This document shows positions 19,308 through 29,046 of a stretch of DNA of 64,000 nt, in pieces. The stretch spans positions 8,189-72,188 of the forward strand of contig JAKQKX010000090.1 of NCBI GenBank assembly GCA_029560465.1, read 5' to 3'. A program made the translations under genes and the position numbers. The notes below the pieces were generated by a model. That model had not been told where the DNA came from. It ran no database searches and worked only from the letters and a program-made list of their open reading frames with translations. The stretch's first letter is position 1. Each line of letters starts with the position of its first letter. This stretch comes from Candidatus Omnitrophota bacterium. GTDB taxonomy: Bacteria > Omnitrophota > Gorgyraeia > Zapsychrales > JANLHA01.

Positions 19308-20354
19308 CTATAGAAATTCTTGTTGAAGATTAAGTTTATGGGTCGAGGAACCGCTCATATGCTGGACCGCCAAGGGCGTTAATTCCCGCCCGCGGGGTGT
19401 CCGGCGGAGGAACCCGGTCTTAAGCAGATACGGCTCTACCACGTCCACGATCGTATCCACCTCTTCATTGAGCGTGGCGGCCAAGGCTTCGATGCCGACC
19501 GGCCCGCCGTTATAATGCCGGTCAATCACCTTGAGCAGCCGGCGGTCCACGTCGTCCAGGCCCAGAGGGTCGATCCCAAGGGATTGCATGGCTTCCGTCA
19601 CGATAGCCCGCGTGATCAAGCTGGCGCCGGTCTTGACCTGGGCAAAATCCCTGACACGGCGCAGGAGCCGGTTGGCGATCCGCGGGGTTCCGCGGGCACG
19701 GCGGGCAATTTCGCCGGCCGCGTCTTCCTCAATCGCGACGTTCAATTTACTGCTGGAATTCTTGACAATCACGCTCAGGTCCGCTTCCGAATAAAAATCA
19801 AGATGATGAAAAATCCCGAACCGGTCCCGCAGAGGAGAAGCTAAAAGCCCGCTGCGGGTGGTAGCTCCAATCAACGTGAAAGGCTTCAGATGAAAATTAA
19901 TCGTCCGCGCATAGGGCCCCTTATCAACGACAAAATCAATCTTAAAATTTTCCATGGCCGGATAAAGGAATTCTTCGACCACCTTGGACAGACGATGGAT
20001 CTCGTCGATAAAAAGGATATCCCCGTGCTCCAGGTTCGTCAGGATGCCGATCAAATCGCCGGCCCTGTCAATCGCCGGCCCGGAGGTAATCGTGATCCGG
20101 GCCCCCATTTCATGGGCGATAATATAAGACAGGGACGTCTTCCCCAAGCCAGGAGGCCCGGAAAACAGCATGTGCTCCAGCGGATCCCGTCTCTGTTTCG
20201 CCGCGGCAATCGTGACTTTCAGATTGTTGAGCACGTCTTTCTGCCCGATGAATTCATTAAAACTCACCGGCCGAAGAGACAGGCTGACAATCGTGTCCTC
20301 TTCCGTTTCCTGGTTAAGGACCAATTTTTTTCTAATATTTGTGTTGTCTGCCAT
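19308..20354 (-). CDS. ruvB: Holliday junction branch migration helicase RuvB
   Basis: AAA+ Walker A GPPGLGKTSL, Walker B ILFIDEIHRL, and RuvB winged-helix C-terminus. Confidence 0.93.
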   Translation of the reverse strand: MADNTNIRKKLVLNQETEEDTIVSLSLRPVSFNEFIGQKDVLNNLKVTIAAAKQRRDPLEHMLFSGPPGLGKTSLSYIIAHEMGARITITSGPAIDRAGDLIGILTNLEHGDILFIDEIHRLSKVVEEFLYPAMENFKIDFVVDKGPYARTINFHLKPFTLIGATTRSGLLASPLRDRFGIFHHLDFYSEADLSVIVKNSSSKLNVAIEEDAAGEIARRARGTPRIANRLLRRVRDFAQVKTGASLITRAIVTEAMQSLGIDPLGLDDVDRRLLKVIDRHYNGGPVGIEALAATLNEEVDTIVDVVEPYLLKTGFLRRTPRGRELTPLAVQHMSGSSTHKLNLQQEFL

Positions 20355-20357
20355 GAG

Positions 20358-21158
20358 TTATGTCGCAGGTTCCGAATCCGGGCCCGATTCGGTGTCGGAG
20401 GAAGGAACCGGTTGATCCGCCGGCCCGGACAAAAGTTCCTTTTCTGAGTTCCGGAAGACTTCAATATCCGCAAACAACCGTTTCTGCATCACCTTGATTT
20501 CCCGCAATCGGATAAGCTCCAGGATCGCCATAAACGTCACGATCACTTCCATCTTGCTGGACGCGTGCACAAAAAATTCCGTTAAAAGGGCTCGGGGTTG
20601 CCGCAGCAAAGCATGCAAGATATCGTGAATTTTCTGCTCAACCGTATATTCCTCCTGGGTGACCTCATAAACCGGAGATTCCCTGAAACGGTTAAGGGCT
20701 TTCGTGAAGGCGTTGATCAAATCAAAGAGGCTCGCCTCAAAATAAACTTCCTTGCTGTCCTCTTCCAGTTCTTTAAGGAGTTCCTCATCCATCTTCCGCG
20801 GGAACAGTTTCTGCCGTTCAGCCTCCTTGGTTTTAAGATGATCCGCAATCTCCTTAAAAATCTTATACTCCTGAAGTTTGCGGACCAGTTCGTCCCGGGG
20901 ATCCGCCTCTTCCTCTTCCTGGGACGGGTCCGGAGGCAAAAGCATGCGGGACTTGATTTGCATCAGAGTGGCAGCCATAACCAAAAAATCCCCGACGAAT
21001 TCCAAATCAAGCAATTTCATCATTTCAATATATTCCATATATTGATCGGTGACTTTGGCGATAGGGATATCATAGACATTGATATCATTCTTTTTGATCA
21101 GATACAACAACAGATCCAAAGGCCCTTCGAACATATCGAGCTTCAGTTTATAACTCAT
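20358..21158 (-). CDS. scpA: segregation and condensation protein A
   Basis: ScpA kleisin N-terminus (FEGPLDLLLYLIKKNDINVYDIPIAKVTDQY). Confidence 0.85.
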   Translation of the reverse strand: MSYKLKLDMFEGPLDLLLYLIKKNDINVYDIPIAKVTDQYMEYIEMMKLLDLEFVGDFLVMAATLMQIKSRMLLPPDPSQEEEEADPRDELVRKLQEYKIFKEIADHLKTKEAERQKLFPRKMDEELLKELEEDSKEVYFEASLFDLINAFTKALNRFRESPVYEVTQEEYTVEQKIHDILHALLRQPRALLTEFFVHASSKMEVIVTFMAILELIRLREIKVMQKRLFADIEVFRNSEKELLSGPADQPVPSSDTESGPDSEPAT

Positions 21159-22138
21159 ATCGGAAATATGACCTCCTTAACTTCATTGAGCGTCCGGCGG
21201 GCAATCGCCTGAGCCTTGCGCTGGCCTTCCTGGAGGATCGCGGGGATGCGTTCTTGGTCCCGCAGAAGCTCCGCCCGCTTTTCCTGAATAGGCGCCAACC
21301 GCTTCAAAAGGCACTCCGCTAAACCGGCCTTGCAGTCCGTGCATCCCTTCCGCGCTTGAGTGCACCATTCCGTCACGTCCTGTAATAATTCCGGCGCGAA
21401 CACTTTATAATAACTGTAAACGTTGCACTGCTCCGGACGGCCGGGATCCGACTTCCGGACCCGCTGAGGGTCGGTGATCATCTGCCGGACTTTTTCTTTC
21501 ACAACCGGGGCCGGGTCTGACAAATTGATCGCGTTATTATAACTCTTGCTCATCTTCCGGCCGTCAATTCCCAGCAACCGAGGAGTTTCCGTGAGAATCG
21601 CGTCACAGTCGGCAAAAACATTTTTCTTATAAAGGAAATTAAACCTGCGGGCAATTTCCCTGGTCAGTTCAATATGAGGCAGCTGGTCTTCACCAATCGG
21701 GACGGCAGCCGCCTTATAAAGAAGGATGTCCGCCGCCTGCAGGACCGGATATCCCAAGAACCCATACGTTTGCAAATCACGCGACGTGATCTCCCGCAGC
21801 TGCTCTTTGTAAGTCGGATTGCGTTCCAGCCAGCCCAAAGGGGTCATGCAGGAAAAAATCATATGCAATTCCACATGCTCCGGCACCTGGGATTGAACGT
21901 ACACGATAGAGCGTTCCGGATCAATCCCGCAAGCCATCCAATCCACGGCCATATCCGAGATATAACCCCGGATGGGAACGCTGTTTTCATATTCGCCCAT
22001 GAAGGCATGCCAGTCCACAATACTGTAAACACAATGATACTCGTCCTGCAGCCGTGTCCAGTTCTGAAGAGCGCCCACAAGGTGCCCCAAATGCAATTTC
22101 CCTGTCGGGCGCATGCCACTGAATATCGTTTTCTTCAT
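21155..22138 (-). CDS. trpS: tryptophan--tRNA ligase
   Basis: Class I HIGH (TGKLHLGHLVG) and KMSKS (KMSKS present). Start at MKKTIFSG. Confidence 0.92.
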   Translation of the reverse strand: MKKTIFSGMRPTGKLHLGHLVGALQNWTRLQDEYHCVYSIVDWHAFMGEYENSVPIRGYISDMAVDWMACGIDPERSIVYVQSQVPEHVELHMIFSCMTPLGWLERNPTYKEQLREITSRDLQTYGFLGYPVLQAADILLYKAAAVPIGEDQLPHIELTREIARRFNFLYKKNVFADCDAILTETPRLLGIDGRKMSKSYNNAINLSDPAPVVKEKVRQMITDPQRVRKSDPGRPEQCNVYSYYKVFAPELLQDVTEWCTQARKGCTDCKAGLAECLLKRLAPIQEKRAELLRDQERIPAILQEGQRKAQAIARRTLNEVKEVIFPI

Positions 22139-22245
22139 GATCAATGTCTGCTTAATGTTGAATAAGGAGTTCATGAAAAGAGACACGGCTGGGCCGGCCT
22201 CTCATCCAGGGGCCTGTTCATAAAATGACAAACCCCAGGGAGGCG

Positions 22246-24696
22246 CTATAATTTCCTGGCGATCGATTCGATTTCAAACGTCACAAGCTTGTCCCCCGGC
22301 TCAAACGCGTCAAAATTAGTAATAGAGATACCGCATTCATAACCCTCGAGGACTTCCCTCACGTCATCTTTAAAACGCTTTAAAGAACTGATCGTCCCGG
22401 AAAAAACAACTTCCCCGTTCCGGACAACTTCAATATTCGCCTTCCGGGTCACTTTCCCCTTGGAGACATAACATCCGGCGATCGTCCCGGATTTGCTGAG
22501 TTTGAAAACCTGGCGGACATCGGTTTGGCTGAGATCCCGCCGCTTCATCTTGGGAGCCAACATCCCTTCCAGGGCTTTGCGGACATCATTCACGGCGTCG
22601 TAAATAATCCGGTACTGCCTCACATCTACCGGCTGTTTTTCAAGCTCCTCCGCCGCTTTAGGGCCGATCCCGACGTGAAATGCGATAATGATCGCGTTGG
22701 ACGCGACCGCCAAAATAACATCCGAAGCGTTAACGTCCCCGACTCCGGTATGGATAAATTTCACTTTCACCTCACTGCTGGGAATTTTCTCCAGGGAATC
22801 TTTCAGGGCTTCCACCGATCCCTGGACATCGGCTTTCAGGATAACGTTCAACTCCTTGATGCTGCCTTCCTGGATCTTGGCATAAAGGTCCTCCAGGGTG
22901 ACCCGGCCGGACGTCGCGAGGAGTTTTTCATTCTTAATCTGTTCCGACCGCAACGACGTAATCTCCCGCGCCTGTTTCTCGTCCCGAAGCACGTAAAAAC
23001 GCTCCCCCGCCTCCGGGACTCCCGGCAACCCCAAGACTTCCACCGGCATAGAGGGCCCGGCTTCTTTGACAGATTGTTCCTGGTCGTCAAACATCGCCTT
23101 CACCTTGCCGTAAAAAGACCCCACGACGATGATATCATTCAGGTGAAGGGTCCCGCTTTGCACGATCAGGCTGGCCACCGAGCCTTTCCCCCGGCTCATA
23201 TGCGCTTCCACCACAATTCCAGACGCGTCTTTATCCTTATTGGCCTTCAATTCCAGCATCTCGGCCTCCAGAAGGATCATTTCCAGCAATTTATCAACAC
23301 CTTCCCCCGTGACCGCGGAAACGCCAACGACAATCGTCTTCCCCCCCCAGTCCTCCGGAGTGAAACCTCGGTCACCCAATTCTTTTTTCACCCGATCCGG
23401 ATCCGCGTTTCGCCGATCAATTTTATTCAGCGCAACGACAATCGGCACACCCGCCGCCTGCGCGTGGGCAATCGCTTCCTCGGTCTGCGGCATGACCCCC
23501 TCATCCGCCGCGACAACCAGGACGACCAAATCCGTGATATGCGCCCCCCTGGCCCGCATGGCTGTAAACGCTTCATGTCCGGGGGTATCAAGGAAAGTAA
23601 TCCTGCCTTTAGGCAATCTTACGGAATAAGCCCCGATGTGTTGCGTGATACCGCCGTGCTCCGAATCGGCGATTTGACTCTTCCGGATCCTGTCCAGTAA
23701 CGACGTTTTCCCGTGATCAACGTGCCCCATGAAGGTGATAACCGGAGCGCGCGGCTGCAACAACCTCGGATCCTCTTCCTCCTTATGATGGATTTCGATC
23801 AACTGTTCTTCCTGCGTCTTCATCTTCGTGATATTATAACCGAAATCCACGGCCAACCGGCGGACGACATCCTCTTCCAGATTCTGATTAATATTGCATA
23901 TGATCCCCATCTGCAACAGTTTCTTCAGGACCACGCTGGTCTTCTGCTGGACACGGACGGAGAAATCTTTAACCGAAATCGGGATCTTCAGCTCCATATC
24001 CACGAGTTCTGTTACGGGCAGCGCGATCTCCGAAGGCTCGGAGCCGCCCGGCGCCGCATCCAGCCCCGCGCCCTCAAATCCGTCTTCGTGCTCTAACCCG
24101 GCTCTTCTGCGGCTAGAATAAATTTTGCCATCCATGGCGCCGTCTTTGGACAGTTTGCCTGAACCCGGCTTGCGTTTCTTCTTTGCTAAAGGTTTAAGCG
24201 AAACAAAAGGGGCGTCACTGATTTTCGGCTTTGCTTTCCTGGGTTTTTCCGGCTGTTTGAATTCCGGTTTGCCTTTGGGCCCCGCCGGCTCTTGATCCGC
24301 CACTTTAATTTTCGATGGGCCGGGCTTGGCTTTTGCCGCCGTCTTTCTGCCCCGTGGGGGGCTTTTTTTAGGAACCGGCTTTTCTTCAACGGCTGGCTCG
24401 TCCGTCGGCCGGGGCTCCGCTGGCAAAATCTCGGGCTCGGGCGCTGCGGGAACAGGGGGCGGTTCCGGGGGAGCGTTCTTCCGCTCCTGTTCCTGTTTCC
24501 TCTGCAGACGAAACCGGCGCATCTTCTCCGGGTCCTGCATATCTTTCTTGAGCTCACTGCGCAAAACAATAATAACCGCATTATTCAAGACCTGCTCCCC
24601 GTCTTTGGCCTTGAGTTTCAACGCCTTGAGTTTCTTTAAAACCGCCTCGTTGCTTATCTGCAATTCATCCGCTAATTCAAAAACATGCATATTCAT
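22246..24696 (-). CDS. infB: translation initiation factor IF-2
   Basis: 816 aa with a long P/K/A/E-rich N-terminal region, a G-domain ([24 protein letters not shown]) and C-terminal beta-barrels. Confidence 0.93.
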   Translation of the reverse strand: MNMHVFELADELQISNEAVLKKLKALKLKAKDGEQVLNNAVIIVLRSELKKDMQDPEKMRRFRLQRKQEQERKNAPPEPPPVPAAPEPEILPAEPRPTDEPAVEEKPVPKKSPPRGRKTAAKAKPGPSKIKVADQEPAGPKGKPEFKQPEKPRKAKPKISDAPFVSLKPLAKKKRKPGSGKLSKDGAMDGKIYSSRRRAGLEHEDGFEGAGLDAAPGGSEPSEIALPVTELVDMELKIPISVKDFSVRVQQKTSVVLKKLLQMGIICNINQNLEEDVVRRLAVDFGYNITKMKTQEEQLIEIHHKEEEDPRLLQPRAPVITFMGHVDHGKTSLLDRIRKSQIADSEHGGITQHIGAYSVRLPKGRITFLDTPGHEAFTAMRARGAHITDLVVLVVAADEGVMPQTEEAIAHAQAAGVPIVVALNKIDRRNADPDRVKKELGDRGFTPEDWGGKTIVVGVSAVTGEGVDKLLEMILLEAEMLELKANKDKDASGIVVEAHMSRGKGSVASLIVQSGTLHLNDIIVVGSFYGKVKAMFDDQEQSVKEAGPSMPVEVLGLPGVPEAGERFYVLRDEKQAREITSLRSEQIKNEKLLATSGRVTLEDLYAKIQEGSIKELNVILKADVQGSVEALKDSLEKIPSSEVKVKFIHTGVGDVNASDVILAVASNAIIIAFHVGIGPKAAEELEKQPVDVRQYRIIYDAVNDVRKALEGMLAPKMKRRDLSQTDVRQVFKLSKSGTIAGCYVSKGKVTRKANIEVVRNGEVVFSGTISSLKRFKDDVREVLEGYECGISITNFDAFEPGDKLVTFEIESIARKL

Positions 24697-24722
24697 TCCT
24701 AACGTCGTAATCCGTATAATGT

Positions 24723-25952
24723 TTATTTATTTTGTCCCATGAGGGATTTTGCCTCTTCGATAAGCCGTTCCGCCTTGATTTTGCCCAAACCTTTAATAGG
24801 TGTCAAATCATCAGGGAGGGCGGCAGCAATGCTCTCAATCGTCAAGAATCCCGCTTCCTCAAGGGCCTGGACAACTTTGGGGCCAGCCCCTTTAAGTTGT
24901 GCTAATTCCGAACCCGGCTGCTGGCTTTTTTGTTCCGGCTCACCCGCGAGGACCCCTTCCTCAAGCGCAGCCGATGGTTCTTCTGGAGAAGGCCCGTCCT
25001 GCTGGTTCGTCCATTGTTCCGCTGTAAAAATATTCAGCTCCCATCCCACCAACTCGCTGGCCAACCGCACATTTTGCCCTTTTTTGCCGATCGCCAAAGA
25101 CAGCTGATCCTCGGCGACGATCAAATTCGCCTTTTTATCTTCAGCATTAATCTGGATCTGAGAAATCTCAGCCGGAGACAAGGCCGCCTGGATATATTCC
25201 TTAATATCACTCGAATAACGCACGATGTCGATCTTCTCCCCCTGCAGCTCATTAACAATATTCTTGACGCGCGCCCCGCGCATACCCACACAGGCGCCGA
25301 CACAATCCACCTTGTCATCCTTCGAATAGACCGCGATCTTGGTACGCTCTCCGACGGCGCGGGAGATGGACTTGATCTCAACGATCCCTTCGTAAATCTC
25401 CGGGACTTCCAGCTCAAAAAGCCTTTTCACGAAATTTGGGTTAGCCCGGGACAAGATAATCTGCGGACCTTTCGCTTCACGGGTCACATCCAGGACATAC
25501 GCCCGGATCCGGTCTCCCTGTTTGAATTCTTCCTTGCCGGATATTTCGCTCTTGGGCAAATACCCTTCGGATTTCCCAAGGTCGACAATAATATTGCCTT
25601 TCTCAAAACGGTAAACCCCGCCGGAGATAATCTGGCCGATCCGGTTCTGATATTCCTGGTAAACAACATCCTTTTCCGCTTCCCGGATTTTCTGAATAAC
25701 AACCTGCTTGGCGGTCTGAGCCGCGATGCGCCCGAACTCACTCGAGCGGATTTCATGTTCGCCGGCATAAGCCGTCAGTTTCCCGGTCTTGCGGTTAATG
25801 ACGACTTTAATCTCCTCCATGCTGTCCACCGTCCAAATTTTCTTTGCCGCAGAAGCCACAGCCGCTTCAACCGCTTCAATCAAAACATTTTTATTGATAC
25901 CCTTGTCCCTTTCCAACTGGTCTAAGATAGCCAGCAACTCCCTATTGTCCAT
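24723..25952 (-). CDS. nusA: transcription termination/antitermination factor NusA
   Basis: NusA N-terminal domain, S1, KH1/KH2 and a C-terminal acidic repeat. Start at MDNRELL. Confidence 0.92.
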   Translation of the reverse strand: MDNRELLAILDQLERDKGINKNVLIEAVEAAVASAAKKIWTVDSMEEIKVVINRKTGKLTAYAGEHEIRSSEFGRIAAQTAKQVVIQKIREAEKDVVYQEYQNRIGQIISGGVYRFEKGNIIVDLGKSEGYLPKSEISGKEEFKQGDRIRAYVLDVTREAKGPQIILSRANPNFVKRLFELEVPEIYEGIVEIKSISRAVGERTKIAVYSKDDKVDCVGACVGMRGARVKNIVNELQGEKIDIVRYSSDIKEYIQAALSPAEISQIQINAEDKKANLIVAEDQLSLAIGKKGQNVRLASELVGWELNIFTAEQWTNQQDGPSPEEPSAALEEGVLAGEPEQKSQQPGSELAQLKGAGPKVVQALEEAGFLTIESIAAALPDDLTPIKGLGKIKAERLIEEAKSLMGQNK

Positions 25953-26427
25953 GTCCCTTCCCTTCTGCAAGCATTTGATTTGCCTTCTTAATTTGTCTCA
26001 ATGGGATGCCTCTCGACTCTCCGTCCATCTCAAGATAAACACATTCTCCGTCGGCCCCGGTCACCTTGCCGGAAAGTTCCTGATGCCCCCCTAAGGGTTC
26101 GGCCAGCACGATCCGGACCGTCCGGCCCCGGACACGCATGAAATCTTTTTCCCCCGCCAGCGGCCAGTCGATTCCCGGAGAGCAAACTTCCACGGAATAA
26201 TCCCCGTCAATGATCGCCTCTTCGGCAATCTGCCGGGACAGCTGTTTGTTCATCCGGCTGCACTGTCCGATCGTAATGCCGCCTTCGGGCCTATCCGCAA
26301 AAACCCGGATAATCATCTGCCGTTGAGCACGCTTCACACACAACGCCACCAAGTCCGCGCCGGCCTCTTGAAGAATCGGCGCTAAACATGCCTCGATCCG
26401 GGCCTCAACATCTTCCGGCATCTTCAT
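25942..26427 (-). CDS. rimP: ribosome maturation factor RimP
   Basis: RimP family signature (VCSPGIDWPL); rimP-nusA-infB operon order. Confidence 0.85.
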   Translation of the reverse strand: MKMPEDVEARIEACLAPILQEAGADLVALCVKRAQRQMIIRVFADRPEGGITIGQCSRMNKQLSRQIAEEAIIDGDYSVEVCSPGIDWPLAGEKDFMRVRGRTVRIVLAEPLGGHQELSGKVTGADGECVYLEMDGESRGIPLRQIKKANQMLAEGKGHGQ

Positions 26428-27697
26428 CCTTTTCCGGGAAACCGTCCCGGAGAATCCCCGGCAACCGCAGCATGATGTCTTCTTTCCTGATTTTTAAAAC
26501 CCGGCCCGACCTGCGTTCTTTAATCTCAACAAGCCCTTCTTTCAACCCCCGTGCCCCCAAAATCAGGCGATACGGGATTCCTATCAGATCGGCATCATGG
26601 AATTTACGCCCCGGGCTTTCTTCCCGGTCATCCACCAACACCTCAAAACGGCATTTCTCCAACGTCTCCGCATATTCCCGCGCCAAGGCCCGCCCCTCGG
26701 CATCCTCTCCCGTAAGGGGCAGGATTTCCACATCATACGGCGCGACTTCCCGCGGCCAGACAATGCCGTTGTCATCATAATTTTTCTCAACAACCGCGGC
26801 GATGAGCCGGCTGACGCCGATGCCGTAACACCCCATAATCATGGGTTTAAGCTTCCCGTCTTCATCCAAAAACATGGCCCCCTGCGCTTGGCTGTATTTC
26901 GTCCCTAACTGAAAAATATGCCCCAATTCAATAGCGACCTGTTTTGTCAGGGCCTTCCCGCAGGAAGGACAGGATCCGCCGCCCTCGGCCCAAAGCGCCC
27001 CCGCCCCGGCAAAACCACAGCCGCCGCACAAAGCCACCTCGTCTTCTCCGATCGGGGCCAAAGCCAGGAACTCGTGAGACACATCTCCGCCCATGGCCCC
27101 TGAGTCCGCGGCGATAATGTGGACATCCACCCCGCAGCGCTTAAACACGTTCTGATAAGCGTTGTACATCTTTTGATAGACCCGCTCTAAACCTTCGACA
27201 TCACGGTCAAAGCTATAGGCGTCTTTCATGATAAATTCACAGGCGCGCACAATCCCGAAACGCGTCCGCAGTTCATCCCGGAACTTGGTCTGAATCTGGT
27301 AAAGCGTCAAAGGCAGCTGACGGTAAGACTGCACGTAATTCTTTGCCAAAGCAGTAATAACTTCCTCATGTGTTGGGCCCAGGCACATTTCCCGGCCCCG
27401 GTTATCTTTAAACCGGATCATGATCTCTTGCAGGACCTGATCCCGGCCGGTCTGTTTCCACAACTCGATCGGCTGCAAACAGGGCAAAAAAAGCTCCCTA
27501 GCCCCGGCCGCGTTCATTTCTTCCCGGATAATCGTTTCGATACGGCGCAACACCTTTAAGCCCAGGGGCAAATACGAATAAACCCCGGAGGTCAGCATAT
27601 TAACAAGCCCCGCCCGTAAAAGTAACTGGTGGCTCACCGCCTCAGTCCCCACCGGGACTTCCTTCAAAGTTGGTATTAAAGTCTGTGTCCAGCGCAT
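26405..27697 (-). CDS. proS: proline--tRNA ligase, short form lacking the INS editing domain
   Basis: Class II aaRS motifs and ProS N-terminus MRWTQTLIPTLKEVP. About 430 aa, so no insertion/editing domain. Start at the internal ATG (27697). Confidence 0.88.
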   Translation of the reverse strand: MRWTQTLIPTLKEVPVGTEAVSHQLLLRAGLVNMLTSGVYSYLPLGLKVLRRIETIIREEMNAAGARELFLPCLQPIELWKQTGRDQVLQEIMIRFKDNRGREMCLGPTHEEVITALAKNYVQSYRQLPLTLYQIQTKFRDELRTRFGIVRACEFIMKDAYSFDRDVEGLERVYQKMYNAYQNVFKRCGVDVHIIAADSGAMGGDVSHEFLALAPIGEDEVALCGGCGFAGAGALWAEGGGSCPSCGKALTKQVAIELGHIFQLGTKYSQAQGAMFLDEDGKLKPMIMGCYGIGVSRLIAAVVEKNYDDNGIVWPREVAPYDVEILPLTGEDAEGRALAREYAETLEKCRFEVLVDDREESPGRKFHDADLIGIPYRLILGARGLKEGLVEIKERRSGRVLKIRKEDIMLRLPGILRDGFPEKDEDAGRC

Positions 27698-27734
27698 AAT
27701 CGTCCTTGCTTTGCCTCCCCTCAAGAGTACATGG

Positions 27735-29006
27735 TTACATTTTATCAAAGAACCCGGGAGGCAATTTAATATTCTTTTTGACAAATTTCGTATAACATGC
27801 CGGGGTTGAACGGTCCATCTCCCAGTGCCCTTCGATTTTCCCCCCATCCGTGATCCGGTCCCGCACAAAGGTAAAAATGTCTCTCATAACCGGCTTCTCC
27901 CTCTCTTCATCCCAGGACACGTCAGTCACGTTCGTGACTCGCCGGACACCGTCAGGATAAAGGATGATGTGCACGATCAGATCGATCGCACGGGCGATCT
28001 GTTTTTCGATGATCCTTGTGTCGAGCTTGATCCCGGTCATAAGCATCATCGTGGTCATACGGGAAAAACAGTCTTCCGGGGATTCCGCGTGAACGATCGC
28101 CAGGGACCCGGAGTGCCCGGAGGCGATAGATTCGATCAAATCGAGCATTTCATCAGAACGAACCTCCCCGATGATCAGCCGATCGGGGCGCATACGCAGA
28201 GAGTTGACGAAGAGATCCCGGATTGAGATGGCCCCCTTCCCTTCCACGTTGGCCATCTTGGCCTGCAGGGTCACGACGTGCTCCTGTTTCAACCGCAATT
28301 CCGGGGTGTCCTCGATGGTGATGATCCGCTCTTCCTCGTCAATATGCCGGGACAAAACGTTGAGCAGGGTCGTCTTGCCGGTACCGGTCGCCCCGCAGAA
28401 AACGATATTATGTTTGGCTTTCATGGTGCCGGACAAAAACGTGCCGATGTTTTCATCAAGCATTTTCAACCTTAAAACGTCATCAAGCGTGGAAATATCG
28501 GCGAATTTACGGATCGTCATGACAGGCCCAACCAGGGAACACGGCGGCAAGATGACGTTACACCGGGTCCCGTCAGGGAGGGGAAAGTCGACATAAGGGT
28601 TGGATTCATCGACGCGCCGGTTGGTTCCCGAGCTGTTCAACAGCTTCTGGATCGTGTGGGTCAAATGCTCGTTATGCTCAAACTTGACATCCGACAAGAC
28701 GATCCGCCCGCCGCGCTGGATAAAAATCTGGTGCGCCCCGTTCACCATGATTTCCGTAATGCTCTTATCTTCCATCAAGGGGCGCAGCGGCCCCAGGGCC
28801 ACGACCGCACCCACCATTTCACGGATCAGGCGGATGCGCTGCTCCATGGTGATCTCAAGCTGCTCATCGTAACAGACATCCGTAATCGCCTTGTCAACAT
28901 AGACCCGCAGCTGATCTTCGTTCATCTTATCTTTAACCTTTAAAAAATCTGTTTTCTGAATCAGGTAACGGTGGACTATTTCCTTTAGTTCGGTATCTTC
29001 AACCAT
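27735..29006 (-). CDS. CpaF/TadA-family secretion ATPase (type II/IV secretion NTPase; VirB11 superfamily)
   Basis: Walker A GATGTGKTTLLNVL, Asp box IITIEDTPEL, Walker B RPDRLIIGEVR and His box SGHSGSLAIVHAES, plus an N-terminal ~130-aa CpaF-type domain. Confidence 0.85.
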   Translation of the reverse strand: MVEDTELKEIVHRYLIQKTDFLKVKDKMNEDQLRVYVDKAITDVCYDEQLEITMEQRIRLIREMVGAVVALGPLRPLMEDKSITEIMVNGAHQIFIQRGGRIVLSDVKFEHNEHLTHTIQKLLNSSGTNRRVDESNPYVDFPLPDGTRCNVILPPCSLVGPVMTIRKFADISTLDDVLRLKMLDENIGTFLSGTMKAKHNIVFCGATGTGKTTLLNVLSRHIDEEERIITIEDTPELRLKQEHVVTLQAKMANVEGKGAISIRDLFVNSLRMRPDRLIIGEVRSDEMLDLIESIASGHSGSLAIVHAESPEDCFSRMTTMMLMTGIKLDTRIIEKQIARAIDLIVHIILYPDGVRRVTNVTDVSWDEEREKPVMRDIFTFVRDRITDGGKIEGHWEMDRSTPACYTKFVKKNIKLPPGFFDKM

Positions 29007-29046
29007 AAACCTCTCCTTTTGTTCCCCATGTCATCCGTCGGTGAAT

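Noticed and set aside
22139-22245. Possible T-box leader upstream of trpS
   Set aside because: The spacer between infB and trpS is only ~107 nt, too short for a T-box (~250 nt). No specifier/antiterminator T-box sequence (AGGGUGGNACCGCG) is visible.
22525-23700. 391-aa plus-strand ORF (and similar long plus ORFs at 11379-12338, 24930-25925, 50214-51308, 58278-59315, 1896-2186, etc.)
   Set aside because: All lie antisense to strongly conserved minus-strand genes (infB, folD/oxidoreductase, nusA, GT9/GT4, xerC). Their products are R/P/S/G-rich low-complexity sequences typical of antisense frames in GC-rich DNA, and they have no plausible RBS or start context.
24186-24640. Repetitive K/P/A/E-rich region and overlapping ORFs 24186-24581 (-), 24292-24742 (+)
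   Set aside because: It is in-frame low-complexity linker sequence of the IF-2 N-terminal region. The overlapping ORFs are alternative-frame artefacts of the repetitive GC-rich sequence, not a repeat element or CRISPR array.
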